Assembly: GCA_038087875.1 (NCBI GenBank) | Contig: CM075991.1 | Span: 9,116,001-9,180,000 of the forward strand | Source of the DNA: Malacoraja senta | Taxonomy: Eukaryota | DNA: 64,000 nucleotides | Direction of reading: 5' to 3' | In this document: one piece after another, positions 13,010-26,416 of the stretch | How the letters are laid out: each line of letters begins with the position of its first letter | Position numbering within the stretch: position 1 is the stretch's first letter | The notes under the pieces: model-generated | The model's input: the letters and a program-made list of their open reading frames with translations, nothing else | What the model was told of the DNA's origin: nothing | Database searches by the model: none | Position numbers and translations under genes: made by a program

Positions 13010-13639
13010 TGCAATTATTAAGAAACATCAGCGCCTCTACTTCCTGAGAAGATTACGGAGAGTCAGTTTGTCAAGGAGGACTCTCTCTAACTTCTACAGG
13101 TGCACAGTAGAGAGCATGCTGACCGGTTGCATCGTGGCTTGGTTCAGCAACTTGAGTGCCCTGGAGAGGAAAAGACTACAAAAAGTAGTAAACACTGCCC
13201 AGTCCATCATCGGCTCTGACCTCCCTTCTATCGAGAGGAACTATCGCAGTCGCTGCCTCAAAAAGGCTGGCAGTATCATCAAGGACCCACACCATCCTGG
13301 CCACACACTCATCTCCCCGCTACCTTCAGGTAGAAGGTACAGGAGCCTGAAGACTGCAACGACCAGGTTCAGGAATAGCTACTTCCCCACGGCCATCAGG
13401 CTATTAAACTTGGCTCAGACATAACTCTGAACATTAATAGCCCATTATCTGTTATTTGCACTTTATCAGTTTATCAGTTTATTTATTCATGTGTGTATAT
13501 ATTTATATAAGGGTATATGGACACACTGATCTGTTCTGTGTTCATGCCTACTGTGTTCTGTTGTGCTGAAGCAAAGCAAAAATGTCATTGTCCTATCAGG
13601 GACACATGACAATAAACTCTCTTGAATCTTGAATCTTGA
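13010..13639 (+). mobile_element. Rex1/Babar LINE 3' fragment
   Basis: QRLYFLRRL..FYRCTVESMLT..DPHHPGH..LPSGRRYRS..FRNSYFPTAIRLLN; (cttgaat)n tail. Confidence 0.85.
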
Positions 13640-14199
13640 AGTGCAGGACTCACTCACTAATGCGTCAGAGTCTCCTTGTGTTGGTGTTGTCAAAAGAGGG
13701 GCCAAACGAGAGCGGTGCCAAACGAGAGCATGCCTCTGGTGCCAAGTCCACTCGGGATGATCACAGGGTAACAGCCAGCAGTTCGTCAGTGGTCCTCAGC
13801 ATCCCTGAGGGAGAGATTGAAGAGACATCCAGGAGATCTTGCTCCTGGTCGACGTCCCACATCAACACCCCCCCCCCCCCCCCCCACCACACTGCCTTGC
13901 AACCTCCCGCCCTGCCTACCTCCTCTTCCTGGCCCTGTTCCCTATCCCCTGAGTCACTGCCTAGTCCATGTTTTGTGCGAGGACCAGCTCTGAGTCACCG
14001 CTCACTCCCCCGCAGTTTAATGATCTGTGCGTTGGCTCGCACAGGCAGTCACTTGACTACTTTGCTGGAGTGCAGAAGGCAGACATTCTTCAGCACCAAC
14101 CAGGATCTTCAGGAGAAGAAGCTGAAACAAAGACGACCAGTTGTTTTACATTTCCCATGTTCTTCATTTGTAATTCCACCCACACAATGCACGCGTGCC

Positions 14200-14886
14200 T
14201 GTGTATGTGTGCACATGTGTATATGTGTGTGTATCGGTATGTGTGCATGTGTGTGTGTGTGTATGTGTGTGTGTGTATGTGTGCGTATATGTGTGTGTTT
14301 ATGTGTGGGTGTATGTATGCGTGTATGTGTGTGTATATGAGTGTGTATGTGTGCACATGTGTATATGTGTGTGCATCGGTATGTGTGCATGTGTGTCTGT
14401 ATGTGTGTGTATGTGTGCGTATATATGTGTGTTTATGTGTGGGTGTATGTGTGCGTGTGTATGTGTACATGTGTGCATATGTATGTATATGTGTGTGTGT
14501 ATGCGTGTATGTGTGTGTATGTGTGCACATGTGTATATGTGTGTGCATCGGTATGTGTGCATGTGTATGTGTGTGTGTATGCATATATGTGTGTGTATGT
14601 GTGTGTATATGTGTGTGTATGTGTGTGCATGTTTGCATATGTATGTGCATGTGTGTGTTTGCATGTTTGTATATGTGTATGTGCACATGTATGTGTGTGT
14701 GTGTGCATGTTTGCATATGTATGTGCATGTGTGTGTTTGCATGTTTGTATGTGTGTATGTGCACATGTATGTGTGTGTGTGTGTGTTTGTGTGTATATGT
14801 ATGTGCATGTGTGTGTTTGCATGTATGTATGTGTGTATGTGCACATGTATGTGTGTGTGTTTGTGTGTATATGTATATGTGTGTGA
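14200..14886. repeat. Degenerate (TG/TA)n alternating purine-pyrimidine repeat
   Basis: About 690 nt of tgtgtatgtgca-type units. Confidence 0.97.
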
Positions 14887-15423
14887 CCACGTAGCAGACA
14901 TTAAACTCTTTGCAATTAAGTTTTTTTTAAACCGTGCCGTTTCCATGATCACCAACAGTAAATTACACCAAATAGTATTCTATGATATTTACTTGTTGGT
15001 ATTACTGAAGTAAATATGTAGTCATTCGGAAAAATGTAAAATGTGTATTAAGATCAGAAACCAAGAAGTATTTGGTCATGCATGTGTAAGCACCATCTTA
15101 TTCGAAATTAACCAGTCCTTTCTGTCTTGGACAGTGAACTACAATGGAATTGAATCGATACTCAAGGAAGAACCAAAATACAGATCATCTCTTGACTGCA
15201 GCCCTGAATTGATTTCCTGAATTGACCTTGAACTGTTCTGAACTGTCTTTCCATTGAAGCTGAGGCCTCTTACGCTTTCCCGGGTCTGCAAGGCTGGTGA
15301 GTAATGGATTGGGGTGTTATCCCCGGCCAGTATTATTGGCTACATGAGTTGTATTATTGTCTATATTTGTGCCTATTGCTGGCAATATATGAATTATATA
15401 TATATAATATATGCATACGAAAT

Positions 15424-15844
15424 AGTAGGCCCCCCTCAGTCATGACTGACCATGGGTGATGCATCCTGGGCGGATGCAAGCCTGTGCGATGTCATATGGA
15501 GGACAGGCTGTTGCCCATGCAGCACGTCCCCCCTCTCCACGTCGCTGATCGATCCAAAGGAACAGCAGGGCCGTTACAGTTTGGCACCAGCGCCGTCGCA
15601 GGAGCTGTCAGAGCGAGGTTGTAGACAACGACGAACTGCCTTAGGGGCTCCGGATTTTCTTGAGGTTTACTCCTGGAGCCTTTTCCATGACTGGATATGG
15701 CCACAAGGCAGTGGAGGTTTTAAATCAGAGATTTCCCTCTCCTAGATGGACCCCCTTCCCAGGCTGACGAGCCCCATCTGCCCGAGACTCGTGGGGGCGG
15801 GAGCGTCTACCTTCCCATGCAGGTCTATAGCACCTGCCCACTGC

Positions 15845-15846
<2 letters not shown>
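15424..15846 (-). mobile_element. Short RTE-related non-autonomous retroelement in a TA-rich site
   Basis: Minus strand has an RTE-like 5' motif (ctaggagagggaaatctctgatttaaaacc) and ends in hairpin cagtcatgactg..gggcctactat; flanked by (TA)n. Confidence 0.5.
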
Positions 15847-15883
<37 letters not shown>

Positions 15884-17639
15884 ATATCTCTATATGTGAA
15901 ATATATGATATGTGAAATATATATATGTGTGTATGTATGTGTGTATTTGTATGTATGCACATATACATATACACACATATGTAACATCAATGATTGATGG
16001 TAAAATTTGCCATTGCAATCAGTTCATCAGCATAGCCTTTGGCTACCTAAGTAAAAGAGTTTAGTTGAGTTTAGTTTAATGTTACGTTATTGCAAGTTAT
16101 GACCTCAAGTCAACAGAAACTCAAAGTCTGGGCAGTTGGGATCCATAGTTCATAACACATAGGAACAGAGTTAGACTATTCGGCCCTTTGAGTCTCCCCC
16201 GACTCCCTTGCTCATCAAAAAGCTATCAATCTTCGCTTGATCTACTCTGCAGTTCTAAGGCTTGGATTATCTAAAGCATTTGAGAAATATCAGCAATCCT
16301 GTTTCTACACGTTACCCGTCCATTTTCCTCCATGGATGCTGCCTGACCCACAGAGTTGGCCCAGTAGTTTGTAGAAACAAGGAACTGCAGATGCTGGTTC
16401 ACCAAGGGAAGATCCAAGAAGTCTGAAGAAGGGTCCCGACCCAAAACGTCGCCTATCCATGTTCTCCAGCGATGCTGCCTGACCTGCTGAGTTACTCCAG
16501 CACTTTGTGCTTTTCCTCCAGTAGTTCTCTTTTTGCTCAAGATTTAAGCATCTGCAGTCCCTTGTGACACCAATCTATTACCCCTGGACACGTTTAGACC
16601 AGGATTCGGCAATCAATACCACCTTGGCCAAGTTCAACCCAAATAATATCCCATTTCAGAATAACAACACTGAGTTTGTACATTCTCCCCGTGACCTGTA
16701 TGAGTTTTCTCCAGCTACCTTCCACACTCCAAAGACGTATAGGTTATTAGGCTGATTGGCTTGGTATAATTGTAAATTTTCCCTATTGTGTGTAGGATAC
16801 TGAGAGTGTGCGGGGGTCACTGGTTAGCGCGGACTTGATGGGCCGAAGGGCCTGCTTCCACATTGTATCTCTAAACTAAACTAAACTGAACTAATCTAAG
16901 CAATCAATAGTAATGCCAGTAACTTCCCAGTCAGTGCCCTGTCTGTGAATTCATTTTAATTACCGGACAGAAGTCTGAATCAATGTTTAAAAACCCAGGC
17001 GCATCTCGTGATTTGAACATACGTAATCCCTATCACAGCATAAACGCTTTGAGCAGGAGTTATTTTTAATCGGAATAAATTCACTGGATTGCAAATCCCA
17101 ATTGTCGATAATTAATAATTGGACGATGGTACAGATTGCAAGGCAGATGGAGGGGGATGAAGTTAGGAAGTTTTAATGCACGATCTTTCCCTGGCAAATG
17201 TATCAGCCGAGCACAAACTGCTGCAGGATCATTACGGCTATTTTTCTTCTAAGTGGGGCACTGCTCAACAGTCCTTTAATTTTAATCAGTAATGCATTTT
17301 ATAGGCAGAGCATCTTGTGTTGCTTTGCGGGCCAAGGCTGAGGCTCATCATAGATACACTTCCGGAGTGCTCATTAGAAGTACCCATGAACAATGCCAGG
17401 CTTACAACAAGGGAGATCCAACGGCTTAACTTCCGTAATAATGTTTACCAATGTCAAGAATAGGATTGTGTAAATAAATTTGTTATTTACTTTGACACAC
17501 ATGGAGGACATTCGGCCCATCAGCTCTGTGCCAGCTCGCAGCAGAGCAATCCCATGATGACCAATATCATCTCTTATCCCTCTGGGGGCCTTCAACCTGT
17601 ATTATCTTTCACACACTCATCAACTCCCTTTACTTACAC

Positions 17640-17930
17640 TAGTTTAGTTTAGAGATACAGCGCGGAAAAAGGCGCTTCAGCCCACTGAATCTGCGCTGAC
17701 CAGCAATCCCCACACACTAACACTATCCTACACACACCAGGGACAATTTACATTTACACCAAGCCAATTAACCTACAAACCTGCACGACTTTGGCGTGTG
17801 GGAGGAAACCAAAGATCTCAGAGAAAACCTGCACGGTCACAGGGAGAACATACAAACTCCGTACAGACAGCACCCGTAGTCGGGATCGAACCTGCGTCTC
17901 TGGCAGCAACTCCACCGTTACGCCCACGTG
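17640..17930 (-). mobile_element. tRNA-derived V-SINE (HE1-like)
   Basis: Reverse complement of the same SINE. About 20 copies in the window, e.g. ~2044, 2735, 5528, 11110, 12556, 28340, 38740, 41480, 51865, 55915, 57023, 61445 and 62500. Confidence 0.8.
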
Positions 17931-18847
17931 TCATTCACTTATATTACCAATTTAGTATGGTCTACTGTCTTACATTCTTGGACATATAAATGTGCAAAAT
18001 GTGTAGTTGGATTGTCATTAAACTGTGTGTAAAATAAATAAGATTTTCACTGCACTTATGTACACGTGACAAAGTCCCATTGAACCGTAGGTGAAACACT
18101 TATCTCTTCTCTTCCCACCGTTCATAAGGTCATAAGTGATAGGAGTAGAATTAGGCCATTCGGCCCATCAAGTGTACTCCGCCATTCAATCATGGCTGAA
18201 CTATCTCCCCCTCCTAACCCCATTAGTTTAGTTTAGTTTAGTTTATCGTTTAGTTTAGAGATACAGCGCGGAAACCGGCCCCTCGGCCCACCGGGACCGC
18301 ACCGACCAGCGATCCCTGCATATTAACACTATTCTACACATACTAGGGACAATTTTTACATTTACCAAGCCAATTTACCTACATACCTGCACATGGAATG
18401 GACTGTAGTTTCAGAGGGCGTTAGGAGTTGTACATAGGCCAGCTCTAATAAAGAGAGCAGATTTCCATATCTAATGGACAAAAGGTGGACCATTTCTGCA
18501 ATTCTCATCTTTTGTGATCTCCATCACTAACTCTATGTTTTGTTCAACATTTATTCCATTATTTGATTTTAATTTCCCTGGTTGTTGTGGTGGGATTTGA
18601 AAGCATGTCATAAATGACTCAAGAGTGGACTAAGTGCAGACAGCCCTTGTCACCTAAAAAGTCGGAGTTTAGAAGGACGAAAGGGAATCCCATTGAAATC
18701 TACCGAATAATGAAAGGCCTAGGTAGAGTGGATGTGGAGAGGATGTTTACAGTAGTGGGCGAGTGTCGGACCGGAGGGCACAGCCTCAGAATAAAAGGAC
18801 GAGCCATTTGAATGGAAATGAGGAGGAATTATTCATTGCCACACACA

Positions 18848-19423
18848 TTATGCGGACGTGGTGTCGAAGGACGAGAAGCTGAAGCAAAGATGTCGAAGCC
18901 AAATAGCCGAATGGATACGAAGCCGAAACGTCAACAAACCGAAAGGGCGGGACACCTAAAACTCAACTTACCGAAAGGCTGCGTCGCCTAAAAGTAAACT
19001 CACCGAATGGCCACTCTGCTGAAACGCCAACTAACCGAAAGGCTGCGTTGCCTATAAGCCAACTAACCGAATGCCGCTCTGCCGAAAAGTCAAATAATGC
19101 CTTGTGTGGGAAAATGACACACCCCCCCCCCCCCCCCTCCCGTCTCCACCGGCCAGTGATGTGATGGACGTGGGGGTCTGGAACAATCGCTGACAACATG
19201 TCCGTTATTTGACTTTTCGGCAGAGCGACATTCGGTTAGTTGGCTTGTAGGCGTCCCACACTGTTGGTTAGTTGGCTTGTAGGCGTCCCACACTGTTGGT
19301 TAGTTGGCTTGTAGGCGTCCCACACTTTTGGTTATTTGGCGTTTTGGCTTCGTTTCCATCCGGCTATTTGCCTTCGACTTCTCTGCTTCGGCTTCTCGGC
19401 CTTCGACGCCACGTCCGGGCACC
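18848..19423. mobile_element. Fold-back element with 9-bp TSD (Mutator-like MITE) inserted in a CR1 fragment
   Basis: Inverted ends cggacgtgg(t/c)gtcgaagg..gagaagc; ccacacaca at 18839-18847 and 19424-19432; many internal ccgaa/ttcgg motifs. Confidence 0.7.
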
Positions 19424-22221
19424 CCACACACAGCAGTGGACACCAACATTGGGTCTTTTTAAAGTGGAGATTGATGGGTTCTTGATTAGGAAGGGTGTCA
19501 AAGATTACGGGGAGAAGGCAAGGGAATGGGGTTGAGAGGGGAAAATAGATCAGCCATGATCGAATGGCAGAGCAGACTCGATGGGCCGATCGGCCTAATT
19601 CTGATTCGGTGTCTTATAGACATGAGATATTGCGAATTCGGAAGGTGGTTAAGAGTGGAATTTTTTGACTCAGTGATACGGTTGTCTCCTTAAATGGGAG
19701 GATGCCGTAGAATCAAACTTCTGAAGAAACTAAAATTGTTGGCCAGAAATAGTTAATATTTTCTCAGAGCCTTGTTCCAGAAATAGTTCAATTGAAATTG
19801 AATATTAATGATGTGTTCATTTATGCAAACATATTTGACCAGCTGATATAACTGTCTCTGGCAGCTCAATAGATTAAGTTTCTAATGAATTTACGCAGTC
19901 CTTTGTACCCAGAGACTGTAACTGACCAGAAAATCATTGCAAATTGTAAATTAGATTCCGGTTCACTTTCATCTGCACGAGAAGATAAAAAATATAGGTT
20001 ATATAGGCTATTCGAGCCTGCCCCTCTATTCAACAGGATAATGACTGATCTGCCCCAATCCTCATCTCCTCCTCCAATAACCCTCAATTTCCAAATCTTT
20101 CCAAAAAAATGATCAATGATCTGGCCATGCTGGAAAATTCCAGAGATTCGTTGGCCTCTGTGAAAAGAGGTACATCTACACACCTGTTTTAAAATGCCCG
20201 CCTTCTAATCTAACTATGTTCCCTCATTCTAGACTCTGCCAACAATGGAAATATCTTGAGTAAAAACTCAAAGTGCTGGAGTAACTCAGCGGGTCAGGCA
20301 TCGTCTCTCCGGAGAAAGACACAAAAAGCTGGAGTAACTCAGCGGGTCGGGCAACATCCCTGGAGTGGTGGCGTTTTGGAGGTCGAAGCCCTTCTTCAGA
20401 CTGAGAATCAGGGGAAAGGGAAACGAGAGATATAGAAGGTAAATAGGACAAATGAATGCAAGATATGCAAAAAGCAACAATGATCAAGGAAAGGTGGAGC
20501 CCACAATGGTCCATTGTTGGCTGTCGGTCTGTGGAGAACAGGGGTAGGCGATGTGTCATGTCGGGACCCCTCAGATTTTGTCTCTCGTGGAATTATCTTA
20601 CCCCTTTATGTTTCAACAAAATGACTCCTAAACTCCAAAGAAGAGTCGAGCTGCTGCCTCACAGGTCAAGAGAAGAAAGTTCAATCCTGACTTCGGGAGC
20701 TGGCTGTGTGGAGTTTGCAGGTTCTCCCTTTGACCACACGGTTTTCCTCTGGGTGATTCGGTTTCCTCCCACCTCCCAAAACTATGAAGGTAGACGAAAT
20801 GCTGGAGAAACTCAGCGGGTGAGGCAGCATCTATGGAGCGAAATTATCAATTTCCCAAAACCATGAGGCTTGGCAGGTTAATTGCCCCATTAATTTCTCC
20901 CAGTTTGTAGCTGAGTGGTAGTTGGAGGAGTCGATGGGAATGTGTGGGAGAATAAAATGTGATCTTATAATGGGGTTATTGGAGAACTGGCGCAGAAGAG
21001 GAGACGAGGACTTGGGCTAATCAGTCAATATCATTTTGAGAAGAGCAGCCTAAAGAGCCTATATATATATACCCTCCTCCTGTTCCTATATGTTTTGATC
21101 TTCTCATGCAGATGAAAGTGAACCAGATTCTAATTTACAATTTGCAATAAAATGGGGATCTTATAGGAACATATAAAATTCTTAAGGGATTGGACAGGCT
21201 AGATGCAGGAAAAATGTTCCCCATGTTGGGGGAGTCCAGAACCTAGGGTCACAGTTTAAGAATAAGGGGTAGGCCATTTACGACTGGGATGAGAAAAACG
21301 TTTCCACCCAGAGAGTTGTGAATCTGTGGAATTATCTGCCAAATCACTGGATGTTTCAAGAGGGAGTGAGATATAGCTCTTAGGGCTAATGGTATCACGG
21401 GATATGGGGAGAAAACAGGAACGGGGTACTGATTCTGGATGATCAGCCGTGATCATATTGAATGGCGGTGCTGGGTCGAATGGCCCTGCAACAATTTTCT
21501 ATGTTTCTATGACCACATGGGTTTCCTCCGGGTGATTTGGTTTCCTCCAACCTCCCATAACCATGAGGCTTGGCAGGTTAATTGTCCCGTTCATTTCTTG
21601 CAGTATTGTACGTAGCTGAATGGTACTTGGAGGAGTTGATGCGAATGTGTGGGAGAATAAAATGTGATTATTGTAGGATTATGACAAAAATGGAAGCTTG
21701 ATGGTTGGCATGGACTCAGTATGCCGACGGGCTTGTTTCCACAATGTATGACACTATGACAAATATAGAACTAATGTTCTTAAGCCACTTGTGTTAGAGG
21801 AATCATCTCATCCTGGAAATTAACCAAGTGAATCGTTTTTTAAAAACGATTTCCAGTGACAGTATGTTTTATTCTTAAATAAGGAGCAGGGTGGCTTCTT
21901 ATCTGCTGCTCTGTGCATCTGAGATCATATTGAAGATTGCAGGTAGACAGAAGGGTCTGAAGAAGGGTTTCGGCCCGAAACGTTGCCTATTTCCTTCGCT
22001 CCATAGATGCTGCCTCACCCACTGAGTTTCTCCAGCACTTTTGTCTACCTTCGATTTTCCAGCATCTGCAGTTCCTTCTTGAACATATTGATGATAAATA
22101 TGCGGAAGGTGGGTAGAAAAGGATAGGGAGGAGGAGGCAATGATTCAGTGATACTTTATTGTCACATGTACCCAGGTACAGTGAAATGCGTTGAATTGCA
22201 TACAATCTGGTAAAATCATAC

Positions 22222-23963
22222 AGATGGAAAAACATTTCTTCCATCGAACGTGTCCGAAGACAGGCAGCTTGATTTGTTACTAACACCTATTTTTTTAATT
22301 TTTTTTTAAATATTTTTATTTTATTAGAAGTATGTACAGTCATATGGCACAAAAGTGCCTAATATATATTGACATAATACATTTTATGTACAGCTTCTTG
22401 TTTTTTTAAATAATAAAAAAGAAAGAGAGAAAATAGATAATAAAAGATAGAAAAACGTGTGATATATAGTGTGTGATGGAAAAAGGGAGGAAAGAAGAAA
22501 AGTGAAGAGAAGATAGAAAGAGAAAGAGTAGAAAGTAAGAAATTAAGGAGATCGTTATTTATAATCTTGACCATCCCTCACCCAGTCCTGAAACAGTTAG
22601 CTTCTACAATTGTCGACAAATGGAGACCAACTCGTTAAGAATTGGTCTAATTTTTCTGTTAGGAGGAATCGCATTTCCTCAAGATTTTTTTATTTATTTA
22701 TTTATTTTTATTAATTTTTTTTTAAGAAGAAAAAGAAAAAAGTTAGATAATGAAAAATAGAAAAATGTGAGATATATAGTGTGTGAAAAAGAAAAATAAA
22801 GAATGAAAAAAGAAAGTTGAGACATAGAAAATAGAAGAAAGAGAATAAAAGAAGAGAAGAGAAGAAAAGAAAATAGAAGTAAGGAGATCATTTATAAGGT
22901 ACACAAAAATGCTGGAGAAACTCAGCGGGTGCAGCAGCATCTATGGAGCGAAGGAAATAGGTAACGTTTCGGGCCGAAACCCTTCTTCAGACATTTATCA
23001 GATCATTTATAATCTTGACCATCCGCAGTCACGGATTAGCTTTTACACCTGTTTTGCACCATATGTTTCCAAAAAGACGACAAATGGAGACCAACTCGTT
23101 ACGAATTGGTCAAATTTATCTATTAGGAGGAATCGCATTTCCTCAAGATGTGCGGTGTCCAACATGTTTGAAATCCACATTTTAAGCGTTGGTATGGGTG
23201 TATTTTTCCAAAATGTATGTATACGTTTTTTTGCCGTTAGTAACCCATAATTAAAAAAATAAATTTTGAGATGAGTTCAATTTATTTCCATCTTCCATTA
23301 CTCCAAATATAATCATTTCAGTATTAGGTTCCATTTTTATCTTGAATAATTTTGTAAATATTTCAAAAATATCACTCCAGAATTTATAAAGTTTTATGCA
23401 GGAAACAAAAGAGTGTGTTATAGTTGCATTTTGGGATAAACATTTATGGGGGACGTATTTGGATAGAATTTATTCAATCTAGTTTTTGAATAATATAATC
23501 TATGTAAAAATTTTAATTGAATTAAATTATTTCTTACATTAACTAACACCTATGAGAGAGAAGCGAGTGTTACCAAACTTCTGAATTCTCTGGGGTGGAA
23601 CCCTCTCCAAGACAGACATGAAGCTCACCGTTTGACCTGTTTTTACAAAATGTTAAATGGTCAGCTCGACATAGATTACAAGACCTACACCAAACCCAAA
23701 CCAATTAGGAGCAGACGAGGGCATTCGATCCAATTTGTGATTCCAGCTGCCAAGACAGATGTGTACAGCAATTTGTTCTTCCCCCGCACAATTAAAGCGT
23801 GGAATAATCTCCACCCTACTTTAGTTACCCAACCAGAGGCAACTAAATTTAAGGTAGCTCTTTCTTCCCAAAAAACCCTTCTGGCTTAAGTCCTCCCTCC
23901 ACCACCTCCAGTTTAAATTCCATTTGGAATATTTTGGAGGACCAAGAAACCAAGAACCAAGAA
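22222..23963 (+). mobile_element. CR1-group LINE 3' fragment interrupted by L1 pieces
   Basis: SSIERVRRQAA*FVTNTY|EREASVTKLL..FYKML..FFPRTIKAWNNL; (ccaagaa)n tail. Confidence 0.75.
22291..23541 (-). mobile_element. Composite of two L1/Tx1-like 3' fragments
   Basis: Two poly(T)-headed units (~22291 and ~22685) homologous to 6799-7262, enclosed by one TSD actaacacctat (22279-22290, 23542-23553). Confidence 0.8.
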
Positions 23964-24824
23964 GCAGACCTCACCCAGGCAGTACACAAGTGTTGCCACG
24001 TTTTGCCACCGACAAAGTTACAAAAGTTTACCGAATAGTCCTATCTATTGCCTCATACTACACACACACACAAACACACACACACTGGGATTCCCTTTGT
24101 TTCTTGGCAGTTAACAACCCCCCCCCCCCCCCGCCATGTCCCCCTTCATTCTCGGAGGCCCTCCTTGTTCTCCAACTGTCCCCTCACTCTCCGGCAGCTT
24201 TCCTTGCTCTCTGAGGGCCCCCTCAATCTCCGACGCCCCCCTCCCTGCCCTCACTCTCCGACGCCCCCCTCCCTGCCCTCAATCCACTCTCAATTCTTTC
24301 CCTCCTCTCCCTACGATGGCCCTCCTCACTCTACGATGGCCCTCCTCACTCTACAATGGCCCTCCTCGCTCCACTTGCTCTCCGACACAACCCTCCTCAT
24401 TCTCCGTTAGACTCATCCGCGCTCACCGACATCCCTCCAATCTCGACGACTTCCCTCCACACTCTCCAGCGGCCCTCCAGGCTCTCCGACAACCCCCCTC
24501 ACTCTCCATTGCAACCTCCCCCCCCCCCCCCCCCCCACTCGCTGCTCGACGGCCCCCCTCGACGGCCCTCAGTGATGGAGCCGGGCCTACTGGAGGGCTC
24601 GGCCCCGCTAGCCGGGAACACTGCCAGCGCGTTGTTCACTGGGAACAGAAGGCACAGTTGAACAAAACAACAGATTGTTAAAGCTTAAAAAAGAAAGGGA
24701 AGAGACAGCAACCTCCTCTTATTCATTGGTGCAACCAAGGATAGTGTGTGGAATCAAGAGGTCTGCTTTAAAGAGAATTGATCTTCATACTCCAAGCACA
24801 CCCCTATTGGCCTCACTAAGCTAG

Positions 24825-25020
24825 ACACTGGAGTAACTCAGCAGGACAGGCAGCATCTCTGGATAGAAGGAATGGGTGACGTTTCGGGTCTGAAGAAGGC
24901 TTCAGACCCGAAACGTCACCCATTCCTTCTCTCCAGAGATGCTGCCTGACCCGCTGAGCTACTCCAGCTTTTTGTGTCTATCTTCGGTTTAAACCAGCAT
25001 CTGCAGTTCCCTTGCTACAT
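24825..25020. mobile_element. Fold-back Penelope mini-element (family B)
   Basis: ctggagtaactcagc..gggtgacgtttcgggtctgaagaaggcttcagacccgaaacgtcaccc..gctgagctactccag forms a near-perfect palindrome. Confidence 0.8.
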
Positions 25021-25434
25021 CTATTGTACTCACTATGGGCTACAAACAGATAAGTGGAGATGAAGCTCTCTTGTGGAGCCTCTTTTGCTCTGAAGTTAAT
25101 GAAGGAATCTGGATGAACCTTCTACATAAATATTTACTGCCATGTAACCTTGGTGTCTGTGCTGCTAAGTATCCCAAGACTATAATTTTACTCCTGTAAT
25201 CACCTGCCCTGTAAATAAAACCTAATGCTTCAGTTCAACCTGTGGACAGTGGAGCAGCTGGTAAAACAACTCCATCCCAGCACCGGTTTTATTCCCACCC
25301 GCAACCACACAGCAATGAACAACTCCTGCTCCAGCTTAAAAGGACACAAAGTTGTGGATTAACTCAGCGGGTCGGGCAGCATTCCTGGCCACCATGGACA
25401 GGTGACGCTACGGGTCAGGACTTTTCCTCAGACT

Positions 25435-25758
25435 GAAGGTGGCGCAGCGGTAGAGCTGTTGTCTCACAGCGCCGGAGACCCGGGTTCGATCCTGGCCTCG
25501 GGTGCTATCCGTGCGGAGTTTGCACGTTCCCCTTGTGACCACATCGGTTTCCTCTGGGTGCTCCGGTTTCCTCCCACATCCCAAAGACGTGTGGGTTTGT
25601 AGGTTAATTGGCCTCTGTAAATTGCTTTCGGTGTGCAGAGAGTGGATGAGAAAATGGGATAGCATAGAACTACTGGTAGAACTAGTGTTAATGGGTGTTC
25701 GATGTGGATTGGTGGGCAGAAAGGCCTGTTTCCATTCTGCATCTCTAAACTAAACTAA
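25435..25758 (+). mobile_element. tRNA-derived V-SINE (HE1-like)
   Basis: A-box ggtggcgcagcgg, B-box ggttcgatcc, V-domain, (ctaaa)n tail. Confidence 0.8.
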
Positions 25759-25791
25759 GGTAAAAACATAGTTTCATGTTTCCTTATGACG

Positions 25792-26416
25792 AGCAATTAT
25801 CAAGAAAGCTCATCAGCGCCTCTACTTCCTGAGAAGATTACGGAGAGTCGGTTTGTCAAACAGGACTCTCTCTAACTTCTACAGGTGCACAGTAGAGAGC
25901 ATGCTGACCGGTTGCATCGTGGCTTGGTTCGGCAACTTGAGCGCCCTGGAGAGGAAAAGACTACAAAAAGTAGAAACACTGTCCAGTCCATCATCGCCTC
26001 TGACCTCCCTACCATCGAGGGGATCTATCGCAGACGCTGCCTCAAAAAGGCTGGCAGCATCATCAAGGACCCACACCATCCTGGCCACACACTCATCTCC
26101 CCGCTACCTTCAGGTAGAAAGTACAGGAGCCTGAAGACTGCAACAACCAGGTTCAGGAATAGCTACTTCCCCACAGCCATCAGGCTATTAAACCTGGCTT
26201 GGGCAAAACTCTGATTATCAATAACCCATTATCTGTTATTTGCACTTTATCAGTTTATTTATTCATGTGTGTATATATTTATATTATGGTATATGGACAC
26301 ACTGATCTGTTTTGTAGTAAATGCCTACTATGTTCTGGTGTGGTGAAGCAAAGCAAGAATTTCATTGTCCTATCAGGGACACATGACAATAAACTCACTT
26401 GAACTTGAACTTGAAC
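25792..26416 (+). mobile_element. Rex1/Babar LINE 3' fragment
   Basis: Near copy of 13010-13639 with a (cttgaa)n tail. Confidence 0.85.

Noticed and set aside
19234..19325. Short direct repeats resembling a CRISPR array
   Set aside because: Tandem units without unique spacers, inside a MITE in a eukaryotic genome.
25435..25500. tRNA-like A/B boxes
   Set aside because: SINE heads; no complete cloverleaf, and they continue into the V-domain.
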